Below, piece after piece: positions 47,842 to 59,490 of a DNA stretch of 64,000 nt. The DNA lies in contig QPGO01000193.1 in NCBI GenBank assembly GCA_008632985.1, forward strand, positions 62,001 to 126,000, given 5' to 3'. The position numbers and the translations under genes are program-made. Each line of letters starts with the position of its first letter. The stretch's first letter is position 1. The notes below the pieces were generated by a model. That model saw nothing but the letters and a program-made list of their open reading frames with translations, had not been told where the DNA came from and did not search any database. This DNA comes from Psammoneis japonica (lineage: Eukaryota).

Positions 47842-49356
47842 ATGAGGCGTCGATTGGTGAAACAAGTCCTTTCCTTATGGTTTTGCTTTGCTCTAATTCC
47901 TTTTGCGGAATCCTTCTTGAATGCGAATCTTTACGATATAGACTCCACCACCATGTGGAACGGAATTCCACAAGAGGTAAACAGAGAAGCAATAGGTCCG
48001 CCCACAATATTCAAAGTTGGAGTCGATTGCGATGCAGACTACGAAACGATTGGAGAAGCCATGAAGATAGCTAGATCAGGGGATACTCTTCAATTGTGTG
48101 CGGGGGTCTTTGATGAGACTGTTACTATATTCAACATGAAGCTTGCTATTATTGGGCAAGGAAGGGGGAAAACAATTCTGAGAGCGCCGTTTAACACTCG
48201 TTATATGATCAATGCTGGCCCCAACAGCAACATTACCGTATCGAGATTATCCTTGGATGGCAACAACAACATGGCCCACTATGTACCTACCCCGGACAAT
48301 TCTCAAGTGTTTATTGCAGGTGTACTTTGCTATGGATGTGACGCCCTGATTCGAGCGGTGTCTATTTTCAACATTGATTCTCACCAAGACGCTAAGACAA
48401 AGTCACCGAGTTTTGGTGTCTTTGCGAGGTCCATGTCCCCTGTCGAGCACATGGTGGAGGTCACCAACGTCAACATTACAGGAGTGACATCCAGTGGTAT
48501 TGTACTGGATGGGAGGGCCATGACTGGATTGGTGAGACGAAACACTTTGGTGGGTACGGGTCGTATGAGTTACCCGGCCAGTGGGATTCGGGTGACACGC
48601 CAAGCAACTGCTATCGTCAAAAAGAACGACGTGAGCAACTTCAAGTCTGCGATTCCATGGCTCTTTCAACTTTCTGGGATATCAACATCATGTCCAGGAT
48701 ACAAGACAGCTATTCGACACAATGTCGTTCACGACAACGACATGGGGATCACCCTCGTCTCATCCTCCGAAGTTCAAGTACGATACAATCAAGTTTACGC
48801 ACACGCTATAGGTGTGAGTGTTGAAGTCCAAGACATGTCCAGATCAAAATGCCTTACTCCATTTTCAAGCTCAAGAAATCGAATTTCAAGGAACGCAATA
48901 CAAGACAGTTCCGAGCATGGACTGCAGTTCAGAAGCAAGATCGGAGCGCAAGGCAAAATCAACAAAAACAAGGTGTTTCGCAACTCTATCAAGTACAGTG
49001 ACAAATTCCACATTGCTATGTTTGACGGAAGGCAAGACAGTTTTACAGACAATAAGTTCCTCAAGGCTGGCAACTCCAGCATCTACGTGGCCGGCGGTGA
49101 CTTGGGTTACTTTGAAAACAACGTCATGTACGAAAGCACTTCAAGTGGCCTGTTGATCGCCAATACGGGCGACAGAATACCAAGAAACTTTACTTTTGTG
49201 AAAAATTTCATATCTCTGAGCGGAGAGTACGGCATCTTTCTTCAAGGTGGAGACTCGTGCCTCTTTGACAGCAACACCATTCAATTCAGTGGTACCGAAG
49301 CAATTTATGAAGAAGAAGGCACGAACAATATGTTTGTCAACAATAATGCATGGTAG
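47842..49356 (+). CDS. Secreted right-handed parallel beta-helix (pectin-lyase-fold) protein
   Basis: Signal peptide; 'YETIGEAMKIARSGDTLQLCAGVFDE'; repeated 'GI......N...N' coils; intronless. Confidence 0.85.
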   Translation: MRRRLVKQVLSLWFCFALIPFAESFLNANLYDIDSTTMWNGIPQEVNREAIGPPTIFKVGVDCDADYETIGEAMKIARSGDTLQLCAGVFDETVTIFNMKLAIIGQGRGKTILRAPFNTRYMINAGPNSNITVSRLSLDGNNNMAHYVPTPDNSQVFIAGVLCYGCDALIRAVSIFNIDSHQDAKTKSPSFGVFARSMSPVEHMVEVTNVNITGVTSSGIVLDGRAMTGLVRRNTLVGTGRMSYPASGIRVTRQATAIVKKNDVSNFKSAIPWLFQLSGISTSCPGYKTAIRHNVVHDNDMGITLVSSSEVQVRYNQVYAHAIGVSVEVQDMSRSKCLTPFSSSRNRISRNAIQDSSEHGLQFRSKIGAQGKINKNKVFRNSIKYSDKFHIAMFDGRQDSFTDNKFLKAGNSSIYVAGGDLGYFENNVMYESTSSGLLIANTGDRIPRNFTFVKNFISLSGEYGIFLQGGDSCLFDSNTIQFSGTEAIYEEEGTNNMFVNNNAW

Positions 49357-49399
49357 AGACTTGTCAAGACTCATTTTTTTATGCAAGAATCCTTCAAAC

Positions 49400-49612
49400 T
49401 ACAGCAGCTACTCTAGCTACTCTCTCTAGCTAGCTAGCTACTACGGTACTCTCTAGCTAGTAGAGAGGTCTCTAGCTAGCTAGAGTAGAGACTCTCTAGC
49501 TACAGAGAGAGAGAGAGAGAGATAGCTACAGCATTGCCGCTCCAAAACGCAGACGATGATGGTAGATACTCTACTCTAGCTCTACCGTAGCTACTAGAGA
49601 GTAGAGTAGCAA
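49400..49612. repeat. CTAG/TAGC/AG low-complexity, self-complementary tract
   Basis: Runs of TAGCTAGCTAGC, CTCTCTAG and (AG)n seen directly. Confidence 0.85.
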
Positions 49613-50189
49613 TTATTCACGGGCAACACGGACGGATGGCGGATGGACGCCAGCCTCAAGGGGCGCTCGCGCGAGCGACAGCGGCTTGACGCATGGCCAT
49701 GGCGCAGTGTGTTTTGTTGGCTTGCCGCTTGTCATTCACCGTTTGCTTGACCAGCTAACTCTCAAATGAGAGATGCAATCACACCACATTCTCCATGTCC
49801 TGCCACTGGTGCACCTTTGTGGCTTCACTCAATTTCAATCAATGCGAGTCGTCAGCCCAAAAAGAGCTGCTGCGAGATCGCCGACTCAGCAGCTGAGCTC
49901 CGCAGCAGCAGAGATTCTGAATGACACAGCTGTCAACACATGAGTTGAATAAATCATGCAGGGCATTGATCAAAAGTGGGATAAATCTGGCTGTGCAGCT
50001 GACCATCTGGACAGAAGGTGAGATGATTGCCGAGCAAAAGGCCTGAGAGAACACAGGGGCAACACATTTTTTGCAACGAGGTCAATCACAAACACAGAAA
50101 ACCAAGGTGACTGTCAGCAGCAAGACAATTGTCATGACAAAGTGCAGGATGCAATTGTTTGCTGCTTTTGAAATGTTCAAACACCATCC

Positions 50190-51440
50190 GACGGAGGTGG
50201 AGAAGGAAACAAGATTCACAACAACAAGGAACAATCTTGAGCTGAAACAGCAAAGCAAAAGTCACTGGGCCAACATCCAGCTGCCACCGGGAAGGGGCAA
50301 AATGCTGGTCGCACTTAAGTCAATCAAAATGTTTGCATTGGATGGAACAGGTCTGAGCTGATCTAGACTTCAGTCTGACATCCACATCACTCCAACTTTG
50401 AAACACTCGTGGATCAACGAGACTTGGACAGGTTCAAAGCACTTTTTCACATCCCTGACTTGCAATTGATTGTGGTGAGCCAAGCCAACCAAATTGAGGA
50501 ACATGCACAACCTCTTCTGATGAGATTTGCAGCTTTTCTGAGATCCAACACAAGCAGATTGTCACTTGTTTGCTGCACTTGCAGATCCTCCTCGCCCAAG
50601 GTTGGGGTGTGCAATTTTTGATTTTTGATGAGGTGCATGAGATGGAAGGGATTGGCAAATTTTCTGGCTTTGGTCTCTGCAACTCATCACTTCCAGTTAA
50701 CTGACACTTGTTTCCAACAGATGATCCATGTCATTGTGCACAGACAATCCCCAACAGATTTAAGTTGGTGGCGGCAAGCCTTTGTGAGGATGGCTCACGA
50801 ACGCTCATTTCCCAACAGAACTTCCAAGCCCAAGAAGGCCACTGGTGTCCGCAGTTTTGTTGACAAATCATCATTTGGCCCTTGTTTTGCAAAACAGGTG
50901 CTGAGTGATGCCATGGACCAAAACATCGCCACTCCAATCACACTTTGTGCACTGGACGATGATGACAAAATCGACTCCTTTCCCGGCGATCTGCTCGTCC
51001 TTGATGATTCCATCCCGCCGGCACTCTCAAAAGATTGTTTGCTCTCATTTGCAGTTCAAGTGGCATTTCACAAGCTCAGCGTGATTGGTGCCATGTTGTT
51101 TCATTCCATGAACTGCCTTGCACATGCTTTTGTTCATGATGCAGTGCTGGTGCTGGAGAAGGATGATGTCACAGCATTTGCTGTTTGCGGCAGCTCAGCA
51201 GACATGTCTCCTTCCAAGTGAGAGGATGTCTTGTTGAGATCAAAAACAGCAAGGAAATCAGTTTAAAAAACGAGAAGGACAACACAAAGCTCCTTTTTCT
51301 CATGTGGGGTGTGGAGAGAGTGGGAAAAAGCTCGGGTGCTGGTGGGTGAACAAGAAGCAGCACAAGTTGAGAAAAGCCAGGGAACTTGATTGATTGTGAC
51401 CACAAGAACAGGCTTGAGCAGGTTGGCATGGAGTGGAGCT
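50190..51440 (+). pseudogene. SF2 helicase/HA family relic, copy E, internally deleted, in TpA-depleted domain 49700-51560
   Basis: 'ANIQLPPGRGKMLVALKSIK', 'DEVHEMEGIG', 'GPCFAKQVLSDAMDQNIATPITLCALD', then a jump to the HA tail 'HKNRLEQVGMEWS'. Confidence 0.85.
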
Positions 51441-51897
51441 TGCATTTGGCAATGAAGCAAACAATGAATGCATTCTTTGCCTTCTCCCATTCCATCTGAT
51501 GAGTGCTCTCTGGCATCAACTTGTGCACTCGAAAACTCAATCAATCGGTTTCCGTGTTTTCAATTTCTAATGGTTGCTGCTCTAGGCTCTAGAGAGAGAG
51601 AGAGAGAGAAAGCAACTCACGAGCTCGTGGCTCTAGAGAGAATAATGTCGTTGTAGACCGGCGCATTCTCTCTCGAGGGGGAACACACCGAGAAGCAAGC
51701 GGAAGGACCTGTGACGGATGACGGACGCAACGCAGCTTCGACCGGTTGACGACCGCGGCCGAACAATGCGCAATGATGATGCGCTTTGATGTAGAAGTTA
51801 GAAGTAGGCCATGAAGGAAAAACAACGCTGTCTCGCCTTATCAGCAGCACAACTAACGTCCTCTTCTAGCTAGAGAAAAGGAATTCTTTTGCAAATA

Positions 51898-53826
51898 ATG
51901 TCAAGAACAATCGGAACAAGGCAGTTTGATCCTCGAATAACTCACAGCGAAAATGACACTGAGGATTTGCTCCTTTTCCCAGAGGACGATAAAAATGATC
52001 GGAGAAGAGAAACCAGCAGAACAGTCTCTACTTCGTTTGCCCTGTCGTCCAAAATAAATGACGTGGAAGATGATTTGTCTGTACTGCTACCTACACCGAA
52101 ACGACAAAGCTCTTCTCAACATTCTTCATCTATGCATACTGCAGCTCCTCTTGAACGCACACCTCTGTTTCCAACGACAAAGAGACGAAACAGACAGAGG
52201 GTTGTTTCCCCCAGAACAACAAACGTTTTGTTTGGACCCACAGTGTTGGAAGATTCTCGACAATTTAGAAATGAATCATCAAGTCATGGCGAAGACCGAT
52301 CGCACTGTTGTTTTCAGAATGCTCATAACTCAAACCACAATCAGAATGAACGACCAACAGGGCTTGCTGGATTCTTTTTTGGATTCATGTATGAAGAAAA
52401 ACTTGAGGATTTTGAAGAAGATGACGAACACAATCACGAGGATGTTCGACGGCCTGTATGGAACAATCACTTTAATCGAGTCTTGTGTTTGGCACATGCT
52501 TGCATGATTGCTGCGGCCGCTGTACCTGTGACGCTGATTCCCTATCTGCACAATGGAGTAGAGCAAGACTTGTCTGTCTTCTCTTCTCGAGCCGCTGCCT
52601 TTGCAGTGCTGGGTACAGCTTGTGGCAAATTTGCCAATGGACCACTCGGAGACGTGTGCGGTGCAAAACGAGTCTCGTGTATCTACAGCGTCTTGTTGGC
52701 GCTGTCGCTCTCAGCACTCACCCTGTGTTGGACATCAAGAGCTATATGGGCGTGCTTGTTTTTTGTGGAATTCTTTACCAGCGTGCAGTGGCCCTGCATC
52801 ATTGTCATGTTGGCCAGTCACTACCATAACGATGCGTCTCTGTACGATGGCGGAGTCTATTTTGCGTCCATGGCGTCAAGATTCGGGGCTGTCTTGGCGA
52901 TTCCACTGTCTTCATACCTGCTACAAAGCATACACTGGATCACCGTCGCACAAGCGAGTGCTTTTCTAGCTCTATTGGGATGCGCAATGATGTATCTTTG
53001 GGTACCCGATGATGATGCAATGGATTACCATACATACAACAAGGAGGCCAAGACGCGACGACCAACGAAATACATGCCGTCCTACTTTTCTTTGAGAACT
53101 TGTTTCTTGGAAAAACTTTTACCCTCCATCTCGCAAGTCTTTGCAAGCGGTACGTTTTGGATTGTAGCCATTGCCCATGCCGGCGGCTGCATGGTTCGTT
53201 CCTCGGGACGAGTCTTGGGAACCTATCTTGCGGATACGTCGCTGACGAAAAGTGGTTCTTTTCCCGTCGTGTTGGACGTGGGTATCTTGTTGGGACTAGC
53301 CATTGGTGGTAGAGCCTTTTCATCGTGTGAATGCTGGTTCCAAAAGAAACGACTCGTTGGGCGCTTGTACTTGATGACCATTGCCTCTTGCTATGCATTG
53401 GCACTCTTGGCCATACCGGCTGTTCACAAGTTTTTCAATTCGACACTGCTGTTGGTTTTCCAGCTTGTAGCGATTGTGTGTGCCGGAGTGGGTGTGGCGG
53501 TCCAGTTGGTACACATTCCAAGTATCGTAGGAGTCACAACGTTTGCTTCTTGTAAAGGATTGTACTCTTCATTCACGGATGGTGTAGCAAATGGATTGGC
53601 AAGTTTCTTCTGGCGCGTTGTGGGTAACGCGGTTCAACAACCGCAACTGCAGAGCCAGACATCAAGCACGGGTGTTGGTTGGGCCTATGGTTGGGCTGCC
53701 GTGGCACTCTTGGTGATTATGTCTTCGGTGCTCATGGTGGAGTTTATCTATCACTACTTTTGTCGTCATCGTGGAGGGCCACGACGATCCGATGGGGATG
53801 GGTATGAGACAATCATCTTTGTCTAA
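51898..53826 (+). CDS. Major facilitator superfamily transporter
   Basis: Long hydrophilic N-terminus, then ~12 hydrophobic segments; MFS motif A-like 'GPLGDVCGAKR'. Confidence 0.85.
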   Translation: MSRTIGTRQFDPRITHSENDTEDLLLFPEDDKNDRRRETSRTVSTSFALSSKINDVEDDLSVLLPTPKRQSSSQHSSSMHTAAPLERTPLFPTTKRRNRQRVVSPRTTNVLFGPTVLEDSRQFRNESSSHGEDRSHCCFQNAHNSNHNQNERPTGLAGFFFGFMYEEKLEDFEEDDEHNHEDVRRPVWNNHFNRVLCLAHACMIAAAAVPVTLIPYLHNGVEQDLSVFSSRAAAFAVLGTACGKFANGPLGDVCGAKRVSCIYSVLLALSLSALTLCWTSRAIWACLFFVEFFTSVQWPCIIVMLASHYHNDASLYDGGVYFASMASRFGAVLAIPLSSYLLQSIHWITVAQASAFLALLGCAMMYLWVPDDDAMDYHTYNKEAKTRRPTKYMPSYFSLRTCFLEKLLPSISQVFASGTFWIVAIAHAGGCMVRSSGRVLGTYLADTSLTKSGSFPVVLDVGILLGLAIGGRAFSSCECWFQKKRLVGRLYLMTIASCYALALLAIPAVHKFFNSTLLLVFQLVAIVCAGVGVAVQLVHIPSIVGVTTFASCKGLYSSFTDGVANGLASFFWRVVGNAVQQPQLQSQTSSTGVGWAYGWAAVALLVIMSSVLMVEFIYHYFCRHRGGPRRSDGDGYETIIFV

Positions 53827-54007
53827 GAACTCTTTAAGATGCAATAAAAAGGAGTATGCAATATGTATTTATTAATAGTAGCTATCTAAGCAGGTTCTAA
53901 GAATGAAGCGATGTATCTCATGAATCAAAACAACATGAAGCAAAAACATGCAAACCTGGTGATATAGAGATGCTCTCTCTCTCTCTCTCGCTCTTTCTCT
54001 GCACTCT

Positions 54008-55363
54008 CTAAATGTTGTTTCCATTGTTGTTACTGCCGACTGCCACATTAGTCTGAAAGGGAGAGTCGGAATCAGTGTTGCCATTGTAATATCCATTCCA
54101 GCTCGATGCAATCTCAATCGCTTCCTGTCCGCTGTTGGATATGGCATTGTTTGTAAAGCTGCAACCATACACATCATCCACGTAAATACCACTGTTTCCT
54201 GAATTTGAGAAGCTGTTGCCACTGTATTCATCTTGGTCACCCGAAAAGACAGCAAGACCGTTCGCGGCACTCAGGTCCACAGTATTGTCACGCACACTAT
54301 TGTTTTCAATATCACCTGAATGCGTTTCAAGGACTCGAATACCATCTTCGATAGAATCATAGATACTATTGCTTGTCACCGTATTGGAGGCAAGACGGAA
54401 TGGAGGACAAGTAGCGCTCTGAAGCTCAAGTAGGATTCCAATCCTGCTACGGTCAATGTCATTGTCATGAACCACCACGTTAGACGACGAAACAACCAAA
54501 ACTCCGATATCGTTGTCGTCCAAATCATTCTGCTCGATCGTGACGGTCGAACAAATCGTGCTGATACCAGAAGCGAGAGTGGAGATTCCCGACTTGTAGT
54601 CGATTATTCTGTTGTTCCGGGCAGAACCAGTAGCGCCTCGGGAGAACTGAATCCCTGCAGCGGGGTACATGACATTTCCGTTGCCATCAATGTTAGTGGT
54701 TTCAATCGTACCGCTCATGCCTGCTCCGTCTACGACAATACCTCCAGCTGTCGGCGCAATGATTCTGCTGTTTCGCACCGTAATGCTGTTTCCCGCATTT
54801 GCGGTCCAATCTCGCGCAAAGATTCCATAGGAAGCCGTCGGGGTGCTCGTATATGTATTCAAGTTTACCATTCTGACGTTATTCAGGTCAGCGGTACACT
54901 TATCGCAAGACAACCCAGCGATAATTTCGTGAGTCGCTGTAGTTTCGGCCATGTTGTTACGCCCGTCCAGTTGCAAAGCCCTGAGTGTTAAGCTGCTACC
55001 GGGGAGAGCATTGACCATATACCGAACACCCTGGTTTGCTTTGATAATGGTCAAACTTTTCCCTCTTCCAACAATTTCGATCTCTTTATCTTCGGCAATA
55101 ACTATAGAGTCTTCGTAGAAAGTCCCTCTGCACAACCACACGGTGACTCCGGAGCTGGCAGCATCGTTCACTGCAGCAGCGATAGATGTATACGTAGCTC
55201 CGCTGCATGTGCCCACCTTGACGGTCGTCTGCAGTCTGCGAGAGTTTCCTCGCAGTAACGAGACAGATGACGCCTCATCTTGCATAGTCTCGGGAGTGCT
55301 AATAGTGGCAACGACCGCACGAAACACCGCACATACCGCGAAAATCAGTGTGGTCCTCTTCAT
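54008..55363 (-). CDS. Secreted parallel beta-helix protein, paralog of 47842-49356
   Basis: Signal peptide, 'LLRGNSRRLQ' pro-region, 'YTSIAAAVNDA'; shares 'RYM.NA.P.S', 'LDG.NNMA' and 'YPA.GI...R.AT' with the paralog. Confidence 0.88.
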   Translation of the reverse strand: MKRTTLIFAVCAVFRAVVATISTPETMQDEASSVSLLRGNSRRLQTTVKVGTCSGATYTSIAAAVNDAASSGVTVWLCRGTFYEDSIVIAEDKEIEIVGRGKSLTIIKANQGVRYMVNALPGSSLTLRALQLDGRNNMAETTATHEIIAGLSCDKCTADLNNVRMVNLNTYTSTPTASYGIFARDWTANAGNSITVRNSRIIAPTAGGIVVDGAGMSGTIETTNIDGNGNVMYPAAGIQFSRGATGSARNNRIIDYKSGISTLASGISTICSTVTIEQNDLDDNDIGVLVVSSSNVVVHDNDIDRSRIGILLELQSATCPPFRLASNTVTSNSIYDSIEDGIRVLETHSGDIENNSVRDNTVDLSAANGLAVFSGDQDEYSGNSFSNSGNSGIYVDDVYGCSFTNNAISNSGQEAIEIASSWNGYYNGNTDSDSPFQTNVAVGSNNNGNNI

Positions 55364-58279
55364 CTTCTTGTCTATCGTTTATCGCTCCTTCAGTAGGATC
55401 TAATGTATAACTATACTTGTACCAGAGTGAGGTAACCTTCCAGGTTGTGTCTGCGATCGTGTCAAAGAAAGAGCGAAGAATGGAGAACGAATGCACTTTC
55501 ACTCTTCTGCATTCCAACGGTCACAACCCAAGACTCTCGGTACTGAATCCATACCCAATCCCGTGCAAGTTTACGTGATCTCTCGTGGTTTCTCCGAGAC
55601 GTTGACCATAAGTAAACTCACATTTATTAGTCCCTACAGGTTCGCGAAGCGATTCGTAACTCCTACATGCTCACACGGTATTGCGTCGCCAAGGGTGCCG
55701 GAGGGCTGGGATGGTCAAGAAGTCCTCCATTCGTCTCATAAACATTGTCAAAAGGAATGGACAAGACGATACGATCGGATCGAGCTTCTCTTCCAAACAT
55801 TTATCAAATTGATAGTTTATGGTAATTAACGCCTTCTCTTTCCAAGAATCAGCATAAATAATTATTTCATTCAGACACTCTATTGCCCAGAGGAATCTAC
55901 TCGAACAAAGTGACACTTCAGAGTCTCATAAAAGTGATACTCGTTAAGTAAGTAAAGAAGGTAGTACACGTGTCACACATAAAAGACTTATTACGCTCAT
56001 TAGTAAGAGTGTCACGTTGGCGATTGTTGCTTTCAGGCCCTTTGTGTTTGCAAGACACTTGTCATCAGAATCACTTATGAAAAAGAAGCTCTATTCTACT
56101 GATACTTCATAGTACGAGGTCGTGAAAAGAAGAGATCAGGATTTTGTCCAATCCACAGAGAATTCCACGTCGAGCGTTCTTCGATCTTCTTCTGTTCGTT
56201 CGACGCACGGCAAGTTAGTCGTAGAAATCGGATTGCGAAGCCAAAATGACTTGCCATGATGGTGTGCGTTGTTCCTTCAGCAGTGAAGCGTTGAGTGTTG
56301 CGGATGCTTGACTTGAACACAGGTTTAACCACAGCAAACAACTGCATTGTTCATGTGCAGAATGAGTGTGAGATGTTCCTCCACTGATTCAAATGACTGC
56401 ACCCTGTCTGCTGCTTCGCCAGGCCCAGATGCCTGTGTGTTTTTGTCTGAGAGGAGCTCGAGCAAATTGCCTTCACATTGGCTTCAGCATCGCTGGCGCT
56501 ACATTGAGAAGACTTGTGAGTTTCAAAGTCAAGCCCACAAATGTTGTCTTTGTGGGAACCCCACAGGTCCTGCTGCTGTGTCCAACAAATGAAGCTGCCA
56601 GCCAAGCCAACAGAGCCGCTGTGCCCCCCAATCCACCAACCACCATCATGTTTGTCGTGGCTGGAAGAAAGAGTTTGATGAGCACCGCTGCTGGCCAGAG
56701 GAAGACATGAGGCTGGAAGCTTCACATCAATGAACTGACTTGCATCATTTGGAAGCAACTGAAAAACATTTTGCAGCTTGTGAGCAACAAGACAATCTGC
56801 TGGGAGAAGATGCATGATTCGAGAAGCACAAGTCTGGCTCACATGAAGCACACTTTGTCAAGTCTTTGCTTTTCCAGTTGTTTGCCACCAGCTCAAAAAT
56901 CTGCCACACACTGTGTTTTCATTGTCACTTTTCTTTTGTCAAGAGAGGTGTCTGGCAGTGCAGTGGCACAACAAAGTTGGGCCGTGGCAAAAAAAAACAA
57001 AAATGCACTGTGTGTTTTCCTTGTCAGTTTTCTTTTGCCAAGAGAGGTGTCTGGCAGCACAGTGGCACAACATGGTTGGGCCGTGGCAAAAAAACCAAAA
57101 ATGCATGGAGCTGCTGATGCTTGAAAAAGAGGACATGAAACAAACAAACTTTGGGGCCTGCTCTCAGCATGCAAGGTGCTGCCAGCTGGAGCAGAGAAGC
57201 AGAGAACAAGCCGGCACCATGATGTGAGTTGTTCTTTGTTCTTTGACATGCTGTTTTGTTTGCCACAGACAAGTTTTGTGTGCAGCATCACAGAAGTGGG
57301 GCATTGCAGCAGAGAAAATGATGACAAGGCACACATGAAACAAGAGAAATTTTCAGACTCACGGCACTTGGTGTGCCTCATGATGCTGCCCTCCTGCCTC
57401 CTGCCTGTGTTTGAAAATGAGCTCTGCACTGAGGATCATCAAGTGCACTTGATGTCTCAATGCACAATGACCATGAATCCAGATGACATGAGATGCTGAC
57501 AGCTTGGAACAATTTGGGTTAAAATGAGAGCTGGGGACAAAACAAAGCTGGCTTCTTCTTGGCAGAAGTGTCTCTTTCAAAACTCGTGCTCATTTGCATG
57601 GGCGCCAGTTGCCACTCTTTTTTGCATGCTGTGCTGCTCCCCATGTGTTGTTGGAAACGGTCTCTTCTTCCTCCTCTTCTTGCCTCACCACAGCCCTCTG
57701 TGCTGTTGAGAGAGAGCTCCTGTGTCATGAGCTCCCAGCTGCCCACTGCTGACTGTGCAAACAGTGGAGCAACGAGTGCAGCAGTGCACAGAGAGCTGAG
57801 TTGTTGGGCAGAACACAAAAATTGCCAACTGCAACATTTCCCCAAGTTGCAGCAAATTGCTTGTGATGAAGATCTGTTGACAGTGATTGAAAGTGGCCTC
57901 AGCACACACAAAAATGCAGAAAGCAAAAGGGCGCACCCCATGAAGGTGGCCTCAAACAAGGGAAAAAGCACTCCACATCAACAAACCCTGTCAGTTGTTC
58001 AAGACAGATTGCCAACACTCACAACAAACTGCACTGAAGACAGCAATGAGAAAACCTCTCTCTTGGTCAATTGGTGCGGAACTTGGAAGAATTTGAGATG
58101 ATTGTTGGTTGCTGGGGGGAAACTGCCCAGCAGTGCGTGCACATTCAGAATCAAACCGTCATTGTTTCCCTGTGGAATTTAATGTTCTGAACAATCCAAC
58201 CCAACCAATGATCCATTTGCTGCAGAGGAGTTGATGACCTCACACTTGGCAAACGTCTCATCAACACAACGCTGTGAGA

Positions 58280-58536
58280 TGACAGGATTTGAACAGGATT
58301 CAGGTGCGTGCGAAATGTCGCGCACAGTTTTGTGTGCTCTAGTTCCACGCGTTCGCGCGTGATGCAGTTTGCTTTCGAGCCACAAGGCTCACAAGAATGA
58401 CAACAGCAGCCCGATCATGCCGACTTGCACGTCTTTCGGCTCCTGCAACGGTCTCTGAGCGGAGACTCATCTGCCATTTAGACAGCAGCAAGGAGTCATT
58501 GTTTGAATTCTTGCCATTTGCCTTCAATTTCTGTCA
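58280..58536 (+). repeat. 5' LTR (257 bp)
   Basis: Direct repeat of 61521-61796; lacks a 19-bp segment present in the 3' LTR. Confidence 0.93.
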
Positions 58537-59490
58537 GATTGACAGTCTTGCTCATTGTCAACCCATTGAGCAACCGCCATCGTCGTCGTTGATTTACCAA
58601 CGATGCCACTTCAATTCTGCGTGGACCTCCGTGTGTGCTCTACATGCATCGGCAAGTCTGCGCGCATTCAATGCCAGGCATCGGCAGGAATTTAACATCA
58701 CCGTCAAGTCTCCTTGCCGCTGGATGTCTGGATTGATTGTGCTGCCTTTGATCGCTGAAGACATGCATCAATGGTCACATCCAAGTCTGTCCTTGATCCT
58801 CATCCCTTGGCACACCCATTCATTGGTCAATGGTCAAGAACCCCACATGTTCAAGGATCTTCGTCGCTGAAGACACACACATGCATGCACATCTTCACGG
58901 CCAAGAACTTGTGCCCACTCTTCGGACTGCGGTTTTGCTGCCACCCTGCAAGCACACTGAGTCCATTGCACCTGATCTGCCCCAGACTGCTGGTGCTCTG
59001 CAGTTCTGCCAGGTCCACGAGGACGACTGTGAGAGCAAGTGGCCGTGATTGCAGCCTGCGTTGGGGCGAGGGTGCTTTCCCGCGTTTGTTCGTTCGTCCA
59101 CAGCGCCTGGCGCCCACGTCAACTGGCCAGCCTGATCGGGAAATCCAACCGATGTAAAACAAGAACGGTTTGGGGGTCTTGTCCACCTCCAGTCAGCTCA
59201 CCTGCAGGGGTTTACAACCCGCCACTCCGCTCACAAGCAACCCAAAGCGCCACCAGCTGCAGGTTCGGACGTGCCGGCACAACTCTACGGACCGGATGGG
59301 AAGTTTAGCACTTGACAACGAACGGGGTGGCACAGCCCGGCGACTTCTGATTTTAAGATGGTCCAAGATTTCAAGTCAAGTCCAGCTCAAGTCAAGTCTT
59401 TTTCAAGCCAAGTTCCAAGTCAAAACTCCGAGTCAAGATCGCGCTCTAGATTGGTTCCTGTCTTTTGTTTCTACTGCACCGTCCTCCGTC

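Noticed and set aside
26701..55363. Biosynthetic or glycan gene cluster (methyltransferase, GT8, GT1, beta-helix proteins, MFS)
   Set aside because: The genes are interspersed with unrelated ones over ~29 kb, with no core synthase and no evidence of co-regulation in the sequence.
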